From positions 96,001-160,000 of the forward strand of contig CAXWPL010000003.1 of the NCBI GenBank assembly GCA_963666215.2: 64,000 nucleotides of DNA, in the 5' to 3' direction. The position numbers were made by a program, and so were the translations under genes. The stretch is from Acidobacteriota bacterium (GTDB lineage: Bacteria; Acidobacteriota; UBA890; WLXD01). Numbering within the stretch: the stretch's first letter is position 1; every line of letters starts with the position of its first letter. Below the pieces are notes generated by a model. That model was given only the letters and a program-made list of their open reading frames with translations. It was not told the DNA's origin and did no database searches. Below, one piece after another: positions 22,743 through 34,581 of this stretch.

Positions 22743-24035
22743 TCAGTTCCCAGAAGACATCAAAACTGCTTCAGGTCGGCCCCGAAGCGACCTCATGCTG
22801 CGGATGCCGATCACCGGCCCGGCTGCCAGCGCGCCGAAGGCCAGTGACCAGCCCCCGACCGCCACCAAGGGAGGCACCATCCGGATGGTGATCAATGTCA
22901 GCAGAAACCCGAGCGTTGTCTGCATGGTGAGTGCCGTTCCGACGTACTCGGGATCACACAGCTCGCTCACCGCGGTGCTGAATTGAGCACTGTCGGCCAC
23001 CACCGCGATCCCCCATAGCAGACAGAGAGCCGTCACCAGGCCGATCTGCAACGACGACATCGAAGCCGCACTGGCGGCCGCCTGCCCTGCAGTCGACTCT
23101 GCACCGCCGAACGGCACAGCGAGCCCGAACAAGGCCATCGTGAGTGCACAGCCACCCGACACCGCGAGGCTCCATATCGTCACCCGCGTGCGGCCCAGCC
23201 GGTCGGCCACGGCGCCAGCGAACACGCTCCCCAGCCCGCCAATGGCCACAACGGCAAATCCCGCCAGGCGTGCAGACTCGTCGCTGTGGCCGGCGGCGCG
23301 GTAGGTCTCGAGCAGAAAAAGCGGTACCCAGGTCCACATGGCGTACAGCTCCCACATGTGTCCGAGATAGCCGAGATTGGCCAGCCGAAGCGCCGGGTCG
23401 ACGAAGGCGCGCGCCGCCTGTCGCGGATTGAACGGCGCCGCCGCGGGTAGATGGGGGCCGGACGACACAAACAGGCCCACGATCAGCGCGGCGGCAAGCG
23501 CGGCGGCCGACGCCACCAGTAGCACCGCTGGCCAGGCAGGTAGGCCGGTGGGGCCAGGAAAGATGGGCAAGGCGTTGAACAGGTGCGGCAACGCAGACCC
23601 CACGGTCACCGCTCCCACCACCACGCCAATCGCGAATCCTCGGCGGCGCCGGAACCAGCTCACCATCAGCTTCATCGCCGGCGGGTACACACCGGCCAGA
23701 CTCGCTCCGGTAAGCGTGCGAAGGAGCAGAACGGCAGTGAAATCGGGGTTGGCGCCAAGTTGCGCGATCGCCGCGTTGAACCCGGCTCCCGCCAGGGCCG
23801 CGAGAACGAAGAGCCTTTGAGCGGCAACGCGATCGGCGATGTTGAGCAGCGCACTCCCCAGCGCACCAACCACGAAGCCGAGCTGCACGCTCATCGAGAG
23901 CCCGGCCTGCTGGCCGCCGGTAAGAGACCACTCGGCCGTGAGCTGCGGCACCACGGCGGAAGCCGAGAACCAAAGAGACATCGCCAAGAGCTCTGCCAGC
24001 GACAGCAACAACAGGTTCTTCCACTTAGCGGGCAT
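22743..24035 (-). CDS. MFS transporter
   Basis: SLWFSASAV, GVYPPAMKL, YLGHMWELYAMW and ADSAQFS motifs; about 12 TM helices. Confidence 0.9.
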   Translation of the reverse strand: MPAKWKNLLLLSLAELLAMSLWFSASAVVPQLTAEWSLTGGQQAGLSMSVQLGFVVGALGSALLNIADRVAAQRLFVLAALAGAGFNAAIAQLGANPDFTAVLLLRTLTGASLAGVYPPAMKLMVSWFRRRRGFAIGVVVGAVTVGSALPHLFNALPIFPGPTGLPAWPAVLLVASAAALAAALIVGLFVSSGPHLPAAAPFNPRQAARAFVDPALRLANLGYLGHMWELYAMWTWVPLFLLETYRAAGHSDESARLAGFAVVAIGGLGSVFAGAVADRLGRTRVTIWSLAVSGGCALTMALFGLAVPFGGAESTAGQAAASAASMSSLQIGLVTALCLLWGIAVVADSAQFSTAVSELCDPEYVGTALTMQTTLGFLLTLITIRMVPPLVAVGGWSLAFGALAAGPVIGIRSMRSLRGRPEAVLMSSGN

Positions 24036-24187
24036 CGCAGCATCATACGCGCCGCCGACCGACAATGAAGATGTGCCGCAGAGCAGGGAGAGCGCGCTCA
24101 TACGGCGAAACAGGGACTGCTAAACTCTGCGGCCGAGATCGCGTCCGCCGACGATCCGCTCGTGCCTCCCCTCGGATGGAGCCGCCA

Positions 24188-24556
24188 ATGAAGCTCGCCC
24201 ACACGATGATCCGAGTTCGTGACCTGCAGCCCTCGATCGACTTCTACTGCGGGTTCCTCGGGATGCGCGAGATGAGCCGCAAAGACCTGGGCGACGCCAT
24301 GCTGGTCTTCCTCGGCGACGGCCACGGAGCCGTGCTCGTGGAGCTGACTTTCAACAAGGACGGCCGCGAGTACGCGCTGGGAACTCAGTTTGGTCATCTG
24401 GCGTTCTTCTCTGAGGACCTCGAGGCCGTGGTTGCCCAGGTTGAGGAGCGCAGTTGGTGGTATCGGCGATCGAAGCCCGACCCGTCGAGATACATCTTCA
24501 TCAAGGATCCCGATGGCTACGACATCGAGATCCTGCAGGCCAACTCCACGAGTTAG
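24188..24556 (+). CDS. gloA: VOC family protein / lactoylglutathione lyase (glyoxalase I)
   Basis: HTMIRVRDL, ELTFN, FGHLAF and FIKDPDGYDIE motifs. Confidence 0.8.
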   Translation: MKLAHTMIRVRDLQPSIDFYCGFLGMREMSRKDLGDAMLVFLGDGHGAVLVELTFNKDGREYALGTQFGHLAFFSEDLEAVVAQVEERSWWYRRSKPDPSRYIFIKDPDGYDIEILQANSTS

Positions 24557-24638
24557 CTGGCGCCCCGACTTCGACTCCCGAATGCATTTGCGTTCGCCGC
24601 CCGGCGACGCCGCTGCGACCCCAGACACGGCGGATACG

Positions 24639-26353
24639 GTGAATATCCTCGGCTTCAACTGCTACATGCACGATTCGGCAGCCGCGCTGCTGAGCGAGGG
24701 ACAGGTGCGCTGCGCAGTCGCCGAGGAGCGCTTCACGCGGCGAAAGCACGTGGGCGACTTTCCAGCCGAGGCGATCCGCTACTGTCTGCGCGATGGTGGC
24801 CTCGAAGTCGACGACCTGGACTGCGTGACGTTCTTCTACAAGCCCTGGGACGGCTTCCTGAAGCGCGTGCTGCACGCAGTGCGGCACCTACCGCACGCCG
24901 GCGACCTGGCGAGCCGCCGTGCCGGGTCGTGGAACCGCTTCCGCACTGCCGACGACGCGTTCAGAACCGATCTCGGCATCGAGCCGGCGGTGGTCCGGAG
25001 TTCCTTTTCGTCGAACACCACCTGGCCCACGCCGCCAGCGCCTTCTTCTGCTCGCCGTTCGAAGAGGCGGCGATCCTGTCGATCGATGGCGCCGGCGAGT
25101 GGACCACAACCCTCGCCGGCCGAGGCGTAGGCAGCCAAATCGAGAAGCTCACAGAGGTCAGCTTTCCGCACTCGCTCGGCAACGTCTACAGCGCGGTGAC
25201 TCAGTACCTCGGCTTCCGACCCAACGGAGGCGAGGGCAAGGTGATGGGGCTGGCGCCCTACGGCGACCCGGCACGCTTCATCGACACGTTCCAGGACATG
25301 GTGCGGCTCTCCGACGGCGGCCGCTTCGAGATCGAGCTCAGCTATTTCCAGCACCACCTCGGCAAGGAGCGCCGCTACAGCGACCGGCTCATCGACGCGC
25401 TCGGCCCGGCCCGCGAGCCCGAGAGCGACATGACGGGTCATTACGAAGACATCGCCGCCGCTCTGCAGCTACGACTTGAAGAGACCGTGGTCCACCTGGC
25501 GCGCCACCTGCAGCGGACTACCGGGCTCAAGCGCCTATGTATGGCCGGGGGCGTGGCGCTCAACAGTGTTGCCAACGGCAAGGTGCTCGCCGAAACCGAC
25601 TTCGACGAGATCTTCATCCAGCCCGCCGCCGGCGACGACGGCACGAGCTTGGGAGGAGCGCTGTACGCGCACGTGTGCCTGAAAGGCGGCGAGCGCCCCG
25701 AGCCGATGCGCCACGCCTACCTCGGACCGCAGTACAGCGACGACGACTGTCGCGGAGCGCTCGAATCGGCGGGGCTGCGCCCGGTCGCCGATGTGGCCGA
25801 ATCGCAGCTCGCCGATCGGATGGCCGAGCTGCTCGAGCAACAGAAGATCGTGGCGCTCTACCAGGGTCGCGCCGAGTTCGGTCCGCGTGCGCTTGGCAAC
25901 CGCTCGATTCTGACCGACCCGCGAAGCCAGCAGATGAAGGACACCCTCAACGCACGGGTCAAGCGCCGCGAAGGCTTCCGGCCGTTCGCACCAGTCGTGC
26001 TAGCCGAGCGGCGCCACGAGTTCTTTTCGGGCCAACACGGCTCTCCCTACATGCTGCTGGTCGAGGACGTTCGCGCCGACAAGGCCGACGAGCTGCAGGC
26101 GATCACGCACGTCGACGGCACGGCGCGAGTGCAGGACATCGAGCGCGACATCAACCCGCTCTACTACGACACGGTTGCCGCTTTCGGCGAGCGTACCGGC
26201 GTTCCAGTGCTGCTCAACACTTCCTTCAACGTGCGCGGTGAACCGATCATCAACACCCCCGAGGAGGCGGTTCTCGGCTTCCTGAACATGGACATCGACG
26301 CGCTGGTCTTGGGTCGGTACTTGCTGCAAAAAGAAGATGTCGCGACCGGCTGA
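24639..26353 (+). CDS. NodU/CmcH family carbamoyltransferase (frameshift near 24990)
   Basis: HDSAAAL..EERFTRRKH; HHLAHAASAF, DGAGE, EGKVMGLAPYG, AGGVALN, EFGPRALGNRS, RPFAP, THVDGTAR and LLNTSFN motifs. Confidence 0.9.
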
Positions 26354-27872
26354 GCGCACTACTCAGCCAACCGACGGCGCCACCAGGCAGCCCTCGAGAT
26401 GGCGCCCCGACCGTCCGACGCTTTGGCTCCTCCTGCTGTTTCTACTGAGCCTGCCGCTGGTCACGGCGCGCGTTTATGGCGTTGACGAGATCCAGTACTA
26501 CGCCTACCTGAGCTCGGCCTGGAACAACCAGGATCTCGACTTCCGCGACGACTACACTCGGCTGCTCGGCGACGATCGGCTCGAAACCATCGACGCGGGA
26601 GCGCTCTTCCGCCAAACAACACCGACGGGGAAGCTGGCCAACTTCGCGGGGATCGGCTGCGCCCTCCTGTGGGCGCCGTTCTTCGTCGCTGGCGACGTGA
26701 TCGCGATCATCGGGGGCTGGCCGCGCGACGGTTTCTCGGCCCCCTATCTCACCGCCGTCTGCTACGGCGCTGCCTTCTATGCCTTTCTCGGGCTGCTGCT
26801 GCTGCTGGACCTCGCCCGACGCGAGCTCGACGATCGCAGCGCCCTGTTCGGAGTGGGACTGGCCTGGTGGGCAACGGCTCTGCCCTTCTATATGTACGTA
26901 ACACCACCGATGTCGCACGCAACATCGTTTTTTGCGGCGTCGCTGTTTGTCTGGGCTTGGTACCGCTGGCGCGACGACGGACGCGCAAGCTCACCCGGTC
27001 CTTCGGAAGATCCCGATCTGCAGAGTCCGCCGAGTCCTCCGAGTCCTCCGAGCTACCAGAGTCCCTCGAGGTATCTGGCTCTCGGAGCCCTGCTCGGTGT
27101 GGCCACGCTCGTGCGCGAGCAGAACTTGCTGTTCGGTGTGCTCGTTGCCCTCGACCTTGTTCAGGCGTGCCGGGCAAGCGCCAGCGAGAGCGCCTGGAGC
27201 GATGTCGTTGCCGGGCTAGCGCGGAGCGCTGGCGCGTTTGCCATCGGCCTGGTCCTGGCGATGGTGCCGCAGCTCGTGGTCTGGTTCGAACTCTTCGGCA
27301 GCATCGGCCCACCGCCGCTGCGCGTTTCGTTCATGCAACCGCTGCCGACGCACCTCCCGTCCGTTCTCGCCTCGAGCAACCATGGGCTGCTGCCCTGGCA
27401 TCCAGTCTGGATCGTCGGCTTCGGGGGGCTGCTGCTGTTGGCGCGGCGGCGCCCGACGGTGCTGATACCGCTCGTCGTGGCATTCGGCGCCCAGCTCTGG
27501 TTCCTCGGCGCGGCGAGCAACTGGTCGGGCGGCATGGCGTTCGGGCAGCGCCGGTTACTCAACTCGCTCTATGTAGTGGCGCTCGGTGCCGGCGAGGCGG
27601 TTCGGCGAGCGCCGCGAGCCCTGGCCGTCGGCGTCGCGGCGTTGTTGATCTGGCTGAACCTGTCGCTCCTCATACAGTTCGGCTCCGGGATGATTCCACG
27701 TGCCGGAGGCGTCTCCTGGCGGGCTGTCGCCCGCAATCACGTTGTCGAAGTGCCTCGGGCGGCCGCTGACCTGCTGACCCGCTATCTGTTCGACCGCGAC
27801 TCATTGTGGCAGCCCTCCGGGGCCAAGCCGGACGACACGAAGCTCGACACCGATTCTTCGTCGAGGCGCTAG
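26337..27872 (+). CDS. Polytopic membrane protein, GT-C fold glycosyltransferase-like
   Basis: DEIQYYAYLSS in the first loop, many TM helices, HGLLPWHP and FGQRRL motifs; start overlaps the carbamoyltransferase end. Confidence 0.7.
   Translation: MSRPAERTTQPTDGATRQPSRWRPDRPTLWLLLLFLLSLPLVTARVYGVDEIQYYAYLSSAWNNQDLDFRDDYTRLLGDDRLETIDAGALFRQTTPTGKLANFAGIGCALLWAPFFVAGDVIAIIGGWPRDGFSAPYLTAVCYGAAFYAFLGLLLLLDLARRELDDRSALFGVGLAWWATALPFYMYVTPPMSHATSFFAASLFVWAWYRWRDDGRASSPGPSEDPDLQSPPSPPSPPSYQSPSRYLALGALLGVATLVREQNLLFGVLVALDLVQACRASASESAWSDVVAGLARSAGAFAIGLVLAMVPQLVVWFELFGSIGPPPLRVSFMQPLPTHLPSVLASSNHGLLPWHPVWIVGFGGLLLLARRRPTVLIPLVVAFGAQLWFLGAASNWSGGMAFGQRRLLNSLYVVALGAGEAVRRAPRALAVGVAALLIWLNLSLLIQFGSGMIPRAGGVSWRAVARNHVVEVPRAAADLLTRYLFDRDSLWQPSGAKPDDTKLDTDSSSRR
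27023..27070 (+). repeat. Degenerate 9-bp tandem repeat (gagtcctcc x5) encoding SPPSPPSPPSYQSPS
   Basis: gagtccgcc|gagtcctcc|gagtcctcc|gagctacca|gagtccctc|gag. Confidence 0.8.
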
Positions 27873-29212
27873 TAGCCCGTCAGCTCGACGTAGCCGGTGC
27901 CGACAAAGTTGTCGTCGCGGCTCACCTGGCCGAGCTGGCGGATTTGGAGAACTTGCACGATCCCCTCCCAATAGCGGAACGCCAATCGAAGCTCCTGGTC
28001 GGCGATCAACGGTCGTATCTCGAGCCCACGCAGATCCTCACCTGGCAGCAGCACGTCAACGTTCCAGGCCGAGGGATATCGCACTCCAGACGGGCTCGTC
28101 CAGGCAGCCGTCTGCTCGACACGAATGTCGTCGGCTGTCAAACGGACGCTTCGGCCATCGGCCTGCACGAGCGTCCCGCCGCTCGCTGAATGCACGCCGC
28201 CATCCTGCAAGCGAAGCAGGTAGATCATCAGATCCCGACCGTCGTCGAGCCGTAGGCCGAACCAGTCCCAACCCGCGAGTCCCGGCTCGAGCGTGCCGCT
28301 GCTCCACTCACGATCGAGCCAGCTGGCGCCGGCGACAGCGTGGCTTTCACCGGCAATCTCCAGCACTCCGCCAGTGATGATGCGGGGCATCGAGTAGTAG
28401 TAGGAGGCGTTGCCCGGCTGGTCTCCCTTGCGACTGTGACCGCGGTCGCCGTGCAGAACGGGCGCTGCCGACGAGTCGAGACGCAGATCGATGGAGATCC
28501 TCTCGCCATCCGGCATTTCATGGGCCGCTCGAACGCGCACCGGCAGAAACGGGGCGTCTCCACGCTGCGAGCTCTGTGCGTCGGACTCGAGCTTCGGATC
28601 CGGCAGACCCTCCACCATCGGCGCAGCGGCATCACGGGCGGATCTCTCCTGTTCCTGCCCATGGATGGACCAGTCGTCGAGCCACACGCGAAACGGGGCC
28701 CCCCTGTTCCCGGCCAGGCCCAGCGGACCACCGCGCGAGAAGCGTTCCGCGGCTACGAAGCGTTGGGCCCCGACATCGCTGACCGTCAGGTGCGCCATCC
28801 ATGCCTGTGTCGTGCCCCACGCCGAGGAACCGCCGCGCGGTTGAGGCGCCATTGATGTGCGGAAGAAGGTGAGTTGATAGCCGAACAGGCGGCCCTGTTC
28901 GCCGCCTGCGATGACCCGGCCAAGCGCGCCGTCTTCCGGCGTTCCTGTGCGCGGGTCGCCAGCCTGCTCCGCGCGCAGAACGCCTGTGAGGTACCACCAC
29001 TCGCTGCGGAACTCGGGGTGCGCGCTGTGGTCACGCGGAAAAACAAACGGGCGCGGCGCGAGCGCGCGGTCGTAGCCCTCGAGCGAGATCTCGTCGCCGC
29101 CGAGAACGTCCAGGACCGACATCGTGCCGCTCACCGGAGTCGGGGACTGCGAACCACACGCCGCGGCAACCAGCACTACGACTGGCAATGTCAGGCCAAG
29201 CGGGTACTTCAC
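27869..29212 (-). CDS. AttH-like lipocalin-fold / CrtC-like hydrolase, probable lipoprotein
   Basis: FPRDHSAHPEFRSEWWY, ASYYYSMPR, WLDREWS, GWDWF, YWEG and GYVELTGY motifs; AAAC lipobox. Confidence 0.88.
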   Translation of the reverse strand: MKYPLGLTLPVVVLVAAACGSQSPTPVSGTMSVLDVLGGDEISLEGYDRALAPRPFVFPRDHSAHPEFRSEWWYLTGVLRAEQAGDPRTGTPEDGALGRVIAGGEQGRLFGYQLTFFRTSMAPQPRGGSSAWGTTQAWMAHLTVSDVGAQRFVAAERFSRGGPLGLAGNRGAPFRVWLDDWSIHGQEQERSARDAAAPMVEGLPDPKLESDAQSSQRGDAPFLPVRVRAAHEMPDGERISIDLRLDSSAAPVLHGDRGHSRKGDQPGNASYYYSMPRIITGGVLEIAGESHAVAGASWLDREWSSGTLEPGLAGWDWFGLRLDDGRDLMIYLLRLQDGGVHSASGGTLVQADGRSVRLTADDIRVEQTAAWTSPSGVRYPSAWNVDVLLPGEDLRGLEIRPLIADQELRLAFRYWEGIVQVLQIRQLGQVSRDDNFVGTGYVELTGY

Positions 29213-31975
29213 CTACTCCTCTCGCAGCGCAGCGAGCGGCGGTTGTCGGCCCATCCGGTAGGCGGGATACAGACCGGCGAGCAAAGCCGCTCCGATCGAC
29301 AGCAGCAGAGCCTGCCAGAGCGCCTCTGGCGGTACCTGCATCTGCATCGTCCAGCCAAACGACCGCCGATTGATGACATGAATCATCAAGCTCGCCAGAA
29401 CCAGTCCCAGAGGCAGCGCCAACAACCCCGCGTACAACCCCATGAGCGTGGTCTGCAAACTGGCCATGCCCCAAACCTGCCCGGGCGTCAAACCGATCGC
29501 GCGCAGCACACCCAGCTCGCGCCTGCGCTCGAGCTGGATCGCCATCAATGCGCTCAGCACGCCAACGAAGGCAACCAGGGTCACCAGCATGCGCAGTACG
29601 CTGGTGATCAGAAACGTGCGATCGAAGACCTCGAGCGAAGCCTCTCGCAGCGCACGGTTGGATTGCACGTTGACGGCCTGGCGGGTGTTGAACAGATCGC
29701 GCACTAGCCCTCCAAGCACCTCGAGATCGACATCAGGCAAGGCGGTCACCGAGATCCCCGAGATTCCGCGATCGCTCCAGTGCTGCTCGTAGCTCGTGCG
29801 CAACATCATGACGAGGCCCCGGTCGGTGGCAAAGCTCGTATACACCCCGGCCACCACGAAATCACGTTCACCAGCCTCGGTGAGCAAGCCGAGCACGGAG
29901 CCGGGCGCCAGGCGATGCCTGAAAGCGTAGGGCTCGCTGATCATCACGCCACCGTTGAGCAATCCGGCCCAGGCGGCGTTGCGGGAGCCCTCGACGAGCC
30001 TATAGGCGTCGAAGTCCGCGCGGCTCAGGTCGAACGTCATGAGCAGCGTCGGCCCACCAGGCCCCTCGACCTCGGCTCGGCGCACGGTCAGTGTGGAGAC
30101 AACGCCGGGAAGCTGCTCCAGCTGAGCGCGGAAGTCGGCGTCGAGCTGCAGATCGGCGCCGGCGGGGCCGCTTGCCGCGGGTGCCACATAGAAGTCGGCG
30201 CTCAGCGTGTGAGTCATCCATTCCTGCAGCGTCAGGCGGAAGCTCGAGACCATCACGCGGACCCCGATGATCACCGATACCGCCACCATCAGCGCCGCTA
30301 TCGCCATGCTCGTGCGACTGAGGCTGGCCGCGACGCCACGAATCGCCATCCTCGACACCGCTCCCGCTCCAGAGGCTCCCCACGGCAGCTGACGGCTGAC
30401 GAGAGTAGCAGCTTGTACGGCTATCGGGGCGAGAAGCGCTGCGCCTACAACAAGCGCGAACATCCCAGCAAATGCCAGCAACAAATCGGTCCCGCCACGG
30501 GGCTGCATGGGGTCAGCTGGCGTGACCCGCCAGGTCAACAACAACACCGCCAGTGCCAGCGCTACGATTCCGGCAACCGCGACGCGCGGCGCCCATCGCC
30601 GCGCCCGAGCCTCGATATGCGAGCGCATCTGGGCGCTTCGCGGCGACGTTGTGCTCGCCTCCCAGGCGGGCGCCGCCGCCGCGACGGCGCTGGCCAGCAG
30701 GCCGAGAGCGGCACCTTTTGCGAGCGTTTCCCCGGGTATCGCCAGGCTTCTCACCGAGGTCACGAAGTACAAATCGTTGACGGTCTGTGTGACCAACCCC
30801 ACCAGCCCGCGACCGAGAATGATGCCACCAGCCAATCCCAGAACCGTGCCGAGCGCGCCGACCGCCAGGGCTTCGGTCAAGACCAACCCGAATAGCTGCC
30901 GTCCGGTTACACCAAGGGTGCGCGAAATACCCAGAACCTCGCGTCGCTTGAGCACCGAAAAGGTCATGGTGTTGAAGATGAGGAACATCCCGCACAGCAA
31001 CGCCAGCAGGCTCATCGCGGCTAGATTCAGGCGAAATGCCCGTGTCATCTCGATTGTCGCGTCGGCGCGTGCTTGCGCCTCCACGAGCCGAACCGACGAC
31101 GGCAACGACGCCCTCAAATCACGGAGCCCATGGGCGCGTGGAGGGCGCTGACTGTCATCCGGCGATTCTGAAACGGCGATGACGTCGATGCGTGTGAGCC
31201 GCCCTGGCTGGCCCAGCAACTCCTGCGCCGTGGCGATGTCGGCAATAAGGAGGTCGGAAAGCCCCTGCCGACTGAGCTCATCGGCCGGCTCGATGAGGCC
31301 CACGATCTCGACCTGCTCATTTGTTCCGCCGGACGTCACCTTCAGGTCGATTCGTTCACCTTTGGCAATACCAAGCTCAGCGGCGAGCGCGCTGGAGACC
31401 ATCGCGGTACCCGGCCGAACCAGCAAAGGCGCGATATCGAAGGAGGGACCACCGACCCTTGCGACGGCGCTTTCTGGTCTGCCGGTTCCACCTTGACCGT
31501 CGACCCCGTCGGACGCGCCCACACCGCCGGTCGAAGCTATCGACCCGGAGCTCGGTGCGGTCAGCCCGGCGCGCGGCGACGCCAAGTAGCTGCGAAAGCC
31601 ACCTTCCGCGAAGAAATCGACGCCGATCAACCGTAGCGCTCGCCGACGCCCGCGGCGCGGCGAGTCGGAAGCGGTGGCCTCTGCCAGAGCCACATAACCA
31701 TCGACGATGGGAGCCAAACCGCGAAACCCGGCACTCCTCAATCGCACATACAGCGCCTCGGGCACGCCAGCGCTACCGCCGACGATCTGGTGGGTAACGC
31801 GACCCGTCACCGCGCGAGTCGAAAGCTCGAAACCACGCCGCGCACTGGCACCGGCCAGATCCACCGAAACAACGACTGCCACGCCAAGAGCCACACCCAG
31901 CACGGCGAGAACGAGCTGCGAAGGCTGGCGTGTTGCATGACGCCTGCCGGCCAGTCGCATCAGGCGCAGGCTCAA
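29213..31975 (-). CDS. FtsX/MacB-like ABC transporter permease (AttF/G-like)
   Basis: [40 protein letters not shown] and VINRRSFGW motifs. Confidence 0.9.
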   Translation of the reverse strand: MSLRLMRLAGRRHATRQPSQLVLAVLGVALGVAVVVSVDLAGASARRGFELSTRAVTGRVTHQIVGGSAGVPEALYVRLRSAGFRGLAPIVDGYVALAEATASDSPRRGRRRALRLIGVDFFAEGGFRSYLASPRAGLTAPSSGSIASTGGVGASDGVDGQGGTGRPESAVARVGGPSFDIAPLLVRPGTAMVSSALAAELGIAKGERIDLKVTSGGTNEQVEIVGLIEPADELSRQGLSDLLIADIATAQELLGQPGRLTRIDVIAVSESPDDSQRPPRAHGLRDLRASLPSSVRLVEAQARADATIEMTRAFRLNLAAMSLLALLCGMFLIFNTMTFSVLKRREVLGISRTLGVTGRQLFGLVLTEALAVGALGTVLGLAGGIILGRGLVGLVTQTVNDLYFVTSVRSLAIPGETLAKGAALGLLASAVAAAAPAWEASTTSPRSAQMRSHIEARARRWAPRVAVAGIVALALAVLLLTWRVTPADPMQPRGGTDLLLAFAGMFALVVGAALLAPIAVQAATLVSRQLPWGASGAGAVSRMAIRGVAASLSRTSMAIAALMVAVSVIIGVRVMVSSFRLTLQEWMTHTLSADFYVAPAASGPAGADLQLDADFRAQLEQLPGVVSTLTVRRAEVEGPGGPTLLMTFDLSRADFDAYRLVEGSRNAAWAGLLNGGVMISEPYAFRHRLAPGSVLGLLTEAGERDFVVAGVYTSFATDRGLVMMLRTSYEQHWSDRGISGISVTALPDVDLEVLGGLVRDLFNTRQAVNVQSNRALREASLEVFDRTFLITSVLRMLVTLVAFVGVLSALMAIQLERRRELGVLRAIGLTPGQVWGMASLQTTLMGLYAGLLALPLGLVLASLMIHVINRRSFGWTMQMQVPPEALWQALLLSIGAALLAGLYPAYRMGRQPPLAALREE

Positions 31976-32763
31976 CTGCAGGTGCTCGTTGGTTTTGCCG
32001 CGACCGGGATCGCCAGGGCGGGGGCGTCGGTATGGACGAGGTCCGCGCGAGCTGCGCGATCTTCGAGATCCACGCGATCCACGAGATCTACGGTCCGATC
32101 GCGCACGGCCAGCACGGCGTCGGCACGCGACGCCACGGCGCGGCTGTGGGTGGCCACGACGAGCGTTAGCCCGCGCGCCGCAACAATCGACGTCAGCAAG
32201 CTGATGACCTGCTCGCCGGTCTCCTCGTCGAGGTTGCCGGTGGGCTCATCGGCAAGCACCAACGGCGGCTCGGCGGCGATCGCCCGGGCAATCGCCACAC
32301 GCTGCTGCTCTCCGCCCGAAAGACGATCGGGAAACGCCGCCCCCCGATCCGCAAGACCGACCGCGTCGAGGAGCTCGCCGACCCGACGCGCAACCCCGCC
32401 GATGCCATTGAGCTCCAGCGGCAGGCTCACGTTCTCGGCCGCCGTCAGCGTGGGAATCAGGTTGAAGAACTGAAAGACGAAGCCAATGTGACGGCGTCGA
32501 AACAGCGTGCGCTCGTGTTCGCTGACGTCGGTCATCGACCGCCCTCCAACGAAGATCGAACCGGACGTTGGCGCGTCGATTCCCGCGATCAGGTTCAACA
32601 GCGTCGATTTGCCAGAGCCACTGCGCCCGAGGAGAGCCACGATCGTGCCCGGCTCGATCACCAAATCGACAGCTTCGAGCACGCTGCGCTCTTCGGCGCC
32701 TTCGGCATAGCGCTTGTTGACGCCCCGAAGCTCGACGGCGGGAGCCGTAGCTGGCGGATTCAT
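31972..32763 (-). CDS. ABC transporter ATP-binding protein (LolD/AttE-like)
   Basis: [26 protein letters not shown] and [10 protein letters not shown] motifs. Confidence 0.93.
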   Translation of the reverse strand: MNPPATAPAVELRGVNKRYAEGAEERSVLEAVDLVIEPGTIVALLGRSGSGKSTLLNLIAGIDAPTSGSIFVGGRSMTDVSEHERTLFRRRHIGFVFQFFNLIPTLTAAENVSLPLELNGIGGVARRVGELLDAVGLADRGAAFPDRLSGGEQQRVAIARAIAAEPPLVLADEPTGNLDEETGEQVISLLTSIVAARGLTLVVATHSRAVASRADAVLAVRDRTVDLVDRVDLEDRAARADLVHTDAPALAIPVAAKPTSTCS

Positions 32764-32776
32764 CGGTTCGAAACCC

Positions 32777-32965
32777 TCAGGCGGACGTCGACGTGGTCCG
32801 CTTGGGCCTCGGCCTCAGCTCGCCGCCGCAGTTCGGACACGTACGATCGAGGCTCTCCGCGCACCCGCCACAGAAAGTGCACTCGTAGCTACAGATGTAG
32901 GCGTCGTCGGTAACGTCCGTCGCGCGTCCGCAACGCTCGCAGGTCGCCTTCATCTCGAGTGCCAT
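32777..32965 (-). CDS. DUF1272 small zinc-binding protein
   Basis: CERC...[12 protein letters not shown]...[12 protein letters not shown]. Confidence 0.88.
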   Translation of the reverse strand: MALEMKATCERCGRATDVTDDAYICSYECTFCGGCAESLDRTCPNCGGELRPRPKRTTSTSA

Positions 32966-32979
32966 GGCTGAAGGCCGCC

Positions 32980-34209
32980 CTACTCGGCTGCAGACTCGTC
33001 GCCGCCGGCTTCAACCGAGGCCCGCAAACGCTGCAGCACGCCGTCCATGAAGCCGCGTTGAATCCAGCGCACGACCACTACGAGATCGTGCTCCGGATCA
33101 ACCCAAACAACATTGCCGCCGCCGCGGGCGGCATACGAGCTGTGCGGCGCGCTCGGCCACAGCAATCCATCGGTGTTGAGCCACCACAGGTAGCCATACT
33201 CAGGCTTGATGTCGGTGGGCGTCGTGATTAGCTCGATCCAGCGCTCCGAGAGAATCTGGGCATCGCGCCAGCGCCCGCGTCGCAGGTGCAGATAGCCGAA
33301 CCGGGCCAGGTCGCGGCTGGCGATCCACATGCCACCACCCCAATGTCCGCCACCGCTCACCGATTGCACTTCGCGTCCGTCGAGCTCCACGTGGGAGTTG
33401 CGATAGCCGTGCCATCGCCAGGAGCGGCTGGCGCCAATCGGCTCCATGATCTCAGTGCTGAGCCTCGTTGGCAGCGCGCCGTTGAAGACTCTCAGCAACG
33501 CCAACGCGGTTCGATTAACGCGAACGTCGTTGTACTCCCAGAAGGTGCCTGGCTCCTGCAGCTGGCGGTCGCGCCCCTCACGCCGGTCGGCGGTGTCGGG
33601 CTTGTCCCAGAGCACACCCTCCCACTCGTTCGTTTGGTTCAGCAGCATGTGCCAGGTGATTTTGGAGTTGTGCGGCGAGTCGAAGCCGCCGTCGTCGACG
33701 AGCTCTGCCACCGGCGCGTGCAAATCCGGGATCGTCTCACGGTCGAATGCTACGCCGGCGAGCGTTGCGAGGAAGCTCTTGGTCACGCTGAACGTCATGT
33801 CGACGCGCGCCGTGTCGCCCCACTCGGCAATGATGTAGCCGTGGCGCAGCACCAGTCCGTTCATTGGCCCACGCTCTTTCAACGGCCCTATGAGCTCCTG
33901 ATCGGGCAGCCCTTCGAAACGCGACTCCAGATAGCCGCGAAGATCCGTTGGCGTGTCGGCCTCGTTGGCTTGGGCGAAGGCAACCGCGGCGGCCAGCAGG
34001 TCGGGATCCATGCCGACCTCGTCGGGCGCCCGCGTCTGCCAGGCCTCGCCGCGTAGCGGGAAGTACTCGGGCGCCCCCACCTCGTCCGCGTCCGAGAGAA
34101 CCGGAGCCACCAGCTCGTTGTCCAGGCAACCCGCGACGATGAGGCCAAGCAATCCGATCGTGATGCTCGACGCCCCCGCACGCCACCAAGACCATCGACC
34201 GCCCGCCAT
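32980..34209 (-). CDS. Serine hydrolase, beta-lactamase class C-like
   Basis: FSVTKS (SxxK), EYND, RDLARFG and YGYLWW motifs; possible lipobox. Confidence 0.88.
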   Translation of the reverse strand: MAGGRWSWWRAGASSITIGLLGLIVAGCLDNELVAPVLSDADEVGAPEYFPLRGEAWQTRAPDEVGMDPDLLAAAVAFAQANEADTPTDLRGYLESRFEGLPDQELIGPLKERGPMNGLVLRHGYIIAEWGDTARVDMTFSVTKSFLATLAGVAFDRETIPDLHAPVAELVDDGGFDSPHNSKITWHMLLNQTNEWEGVLWDKPDTADRREGRDRQLQEPGTFWEYNDVRVNRTALALLRVFNGALPTRLSTEIMEPIGASRSWRWHGYRNSHVELDGREVQSVSGGGHWGGGMWIASRDLARFGYLHLRRGRWRDAQILSERWIELITTPTDIKPEYGYLWWLNTDGLLWPSAPHSSYAARGGGNVVWVDPEHDLVVVVRWIQRGFMDGVLQRLRASVEAGGDESAAE

Positions 34210-34215
34210 AGCGCG

Positions 34216-34581
34216 CTAGCCCTCCTCTCGGTGGACCGCGTGGGGCGCGAACGCGGGCGCACAAACGGCGATGTACTCGGCACCCTCGGGGCCGGGCGTG
34301 TGATATCGCACCCGCTCGCCGGCCGCCGCGATGACGGCTTGTCCCGGGCCAACACACAGCTCTCCGTCGTCGTGCTCGACAACGAGCTCGCCGCGCAGAA
34401 CCAAGGTGTACTCGTCGAACTCGGGACGTTGGGCGGGCTCAGCCCAGCCACTCGGACTTCGCATGCGCGCGATGCTGACGACCTCCGTGCCCGAAGCAAC
34501 ACGACCGACGAACTCCCCGATCACTTTCGGCTTGTTGCCGGCAGCCTCGATGCGCTGCGGGGCTTTGATCAACGTCGGCAT
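34216..34581 (-). CDS. Cupin domain protein
   Basis: AAGNKPKVIGEFVGRV, SPSGWAEPAQRPEFDEY and YIAVCAPAF motifs. Confidence 0.85.
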   Translation of the reverse strand: MPTLIKAPQRIEAAGNKPKVIGEFVGRVASGTEVVSIARMRSPSGWAEPAQRPEFDEYTLVLRGELVVEHDDGELCVGPGQAVIAAAGERVRYHTPGPEGAEYIAVCAPAFAPHAVHREEG

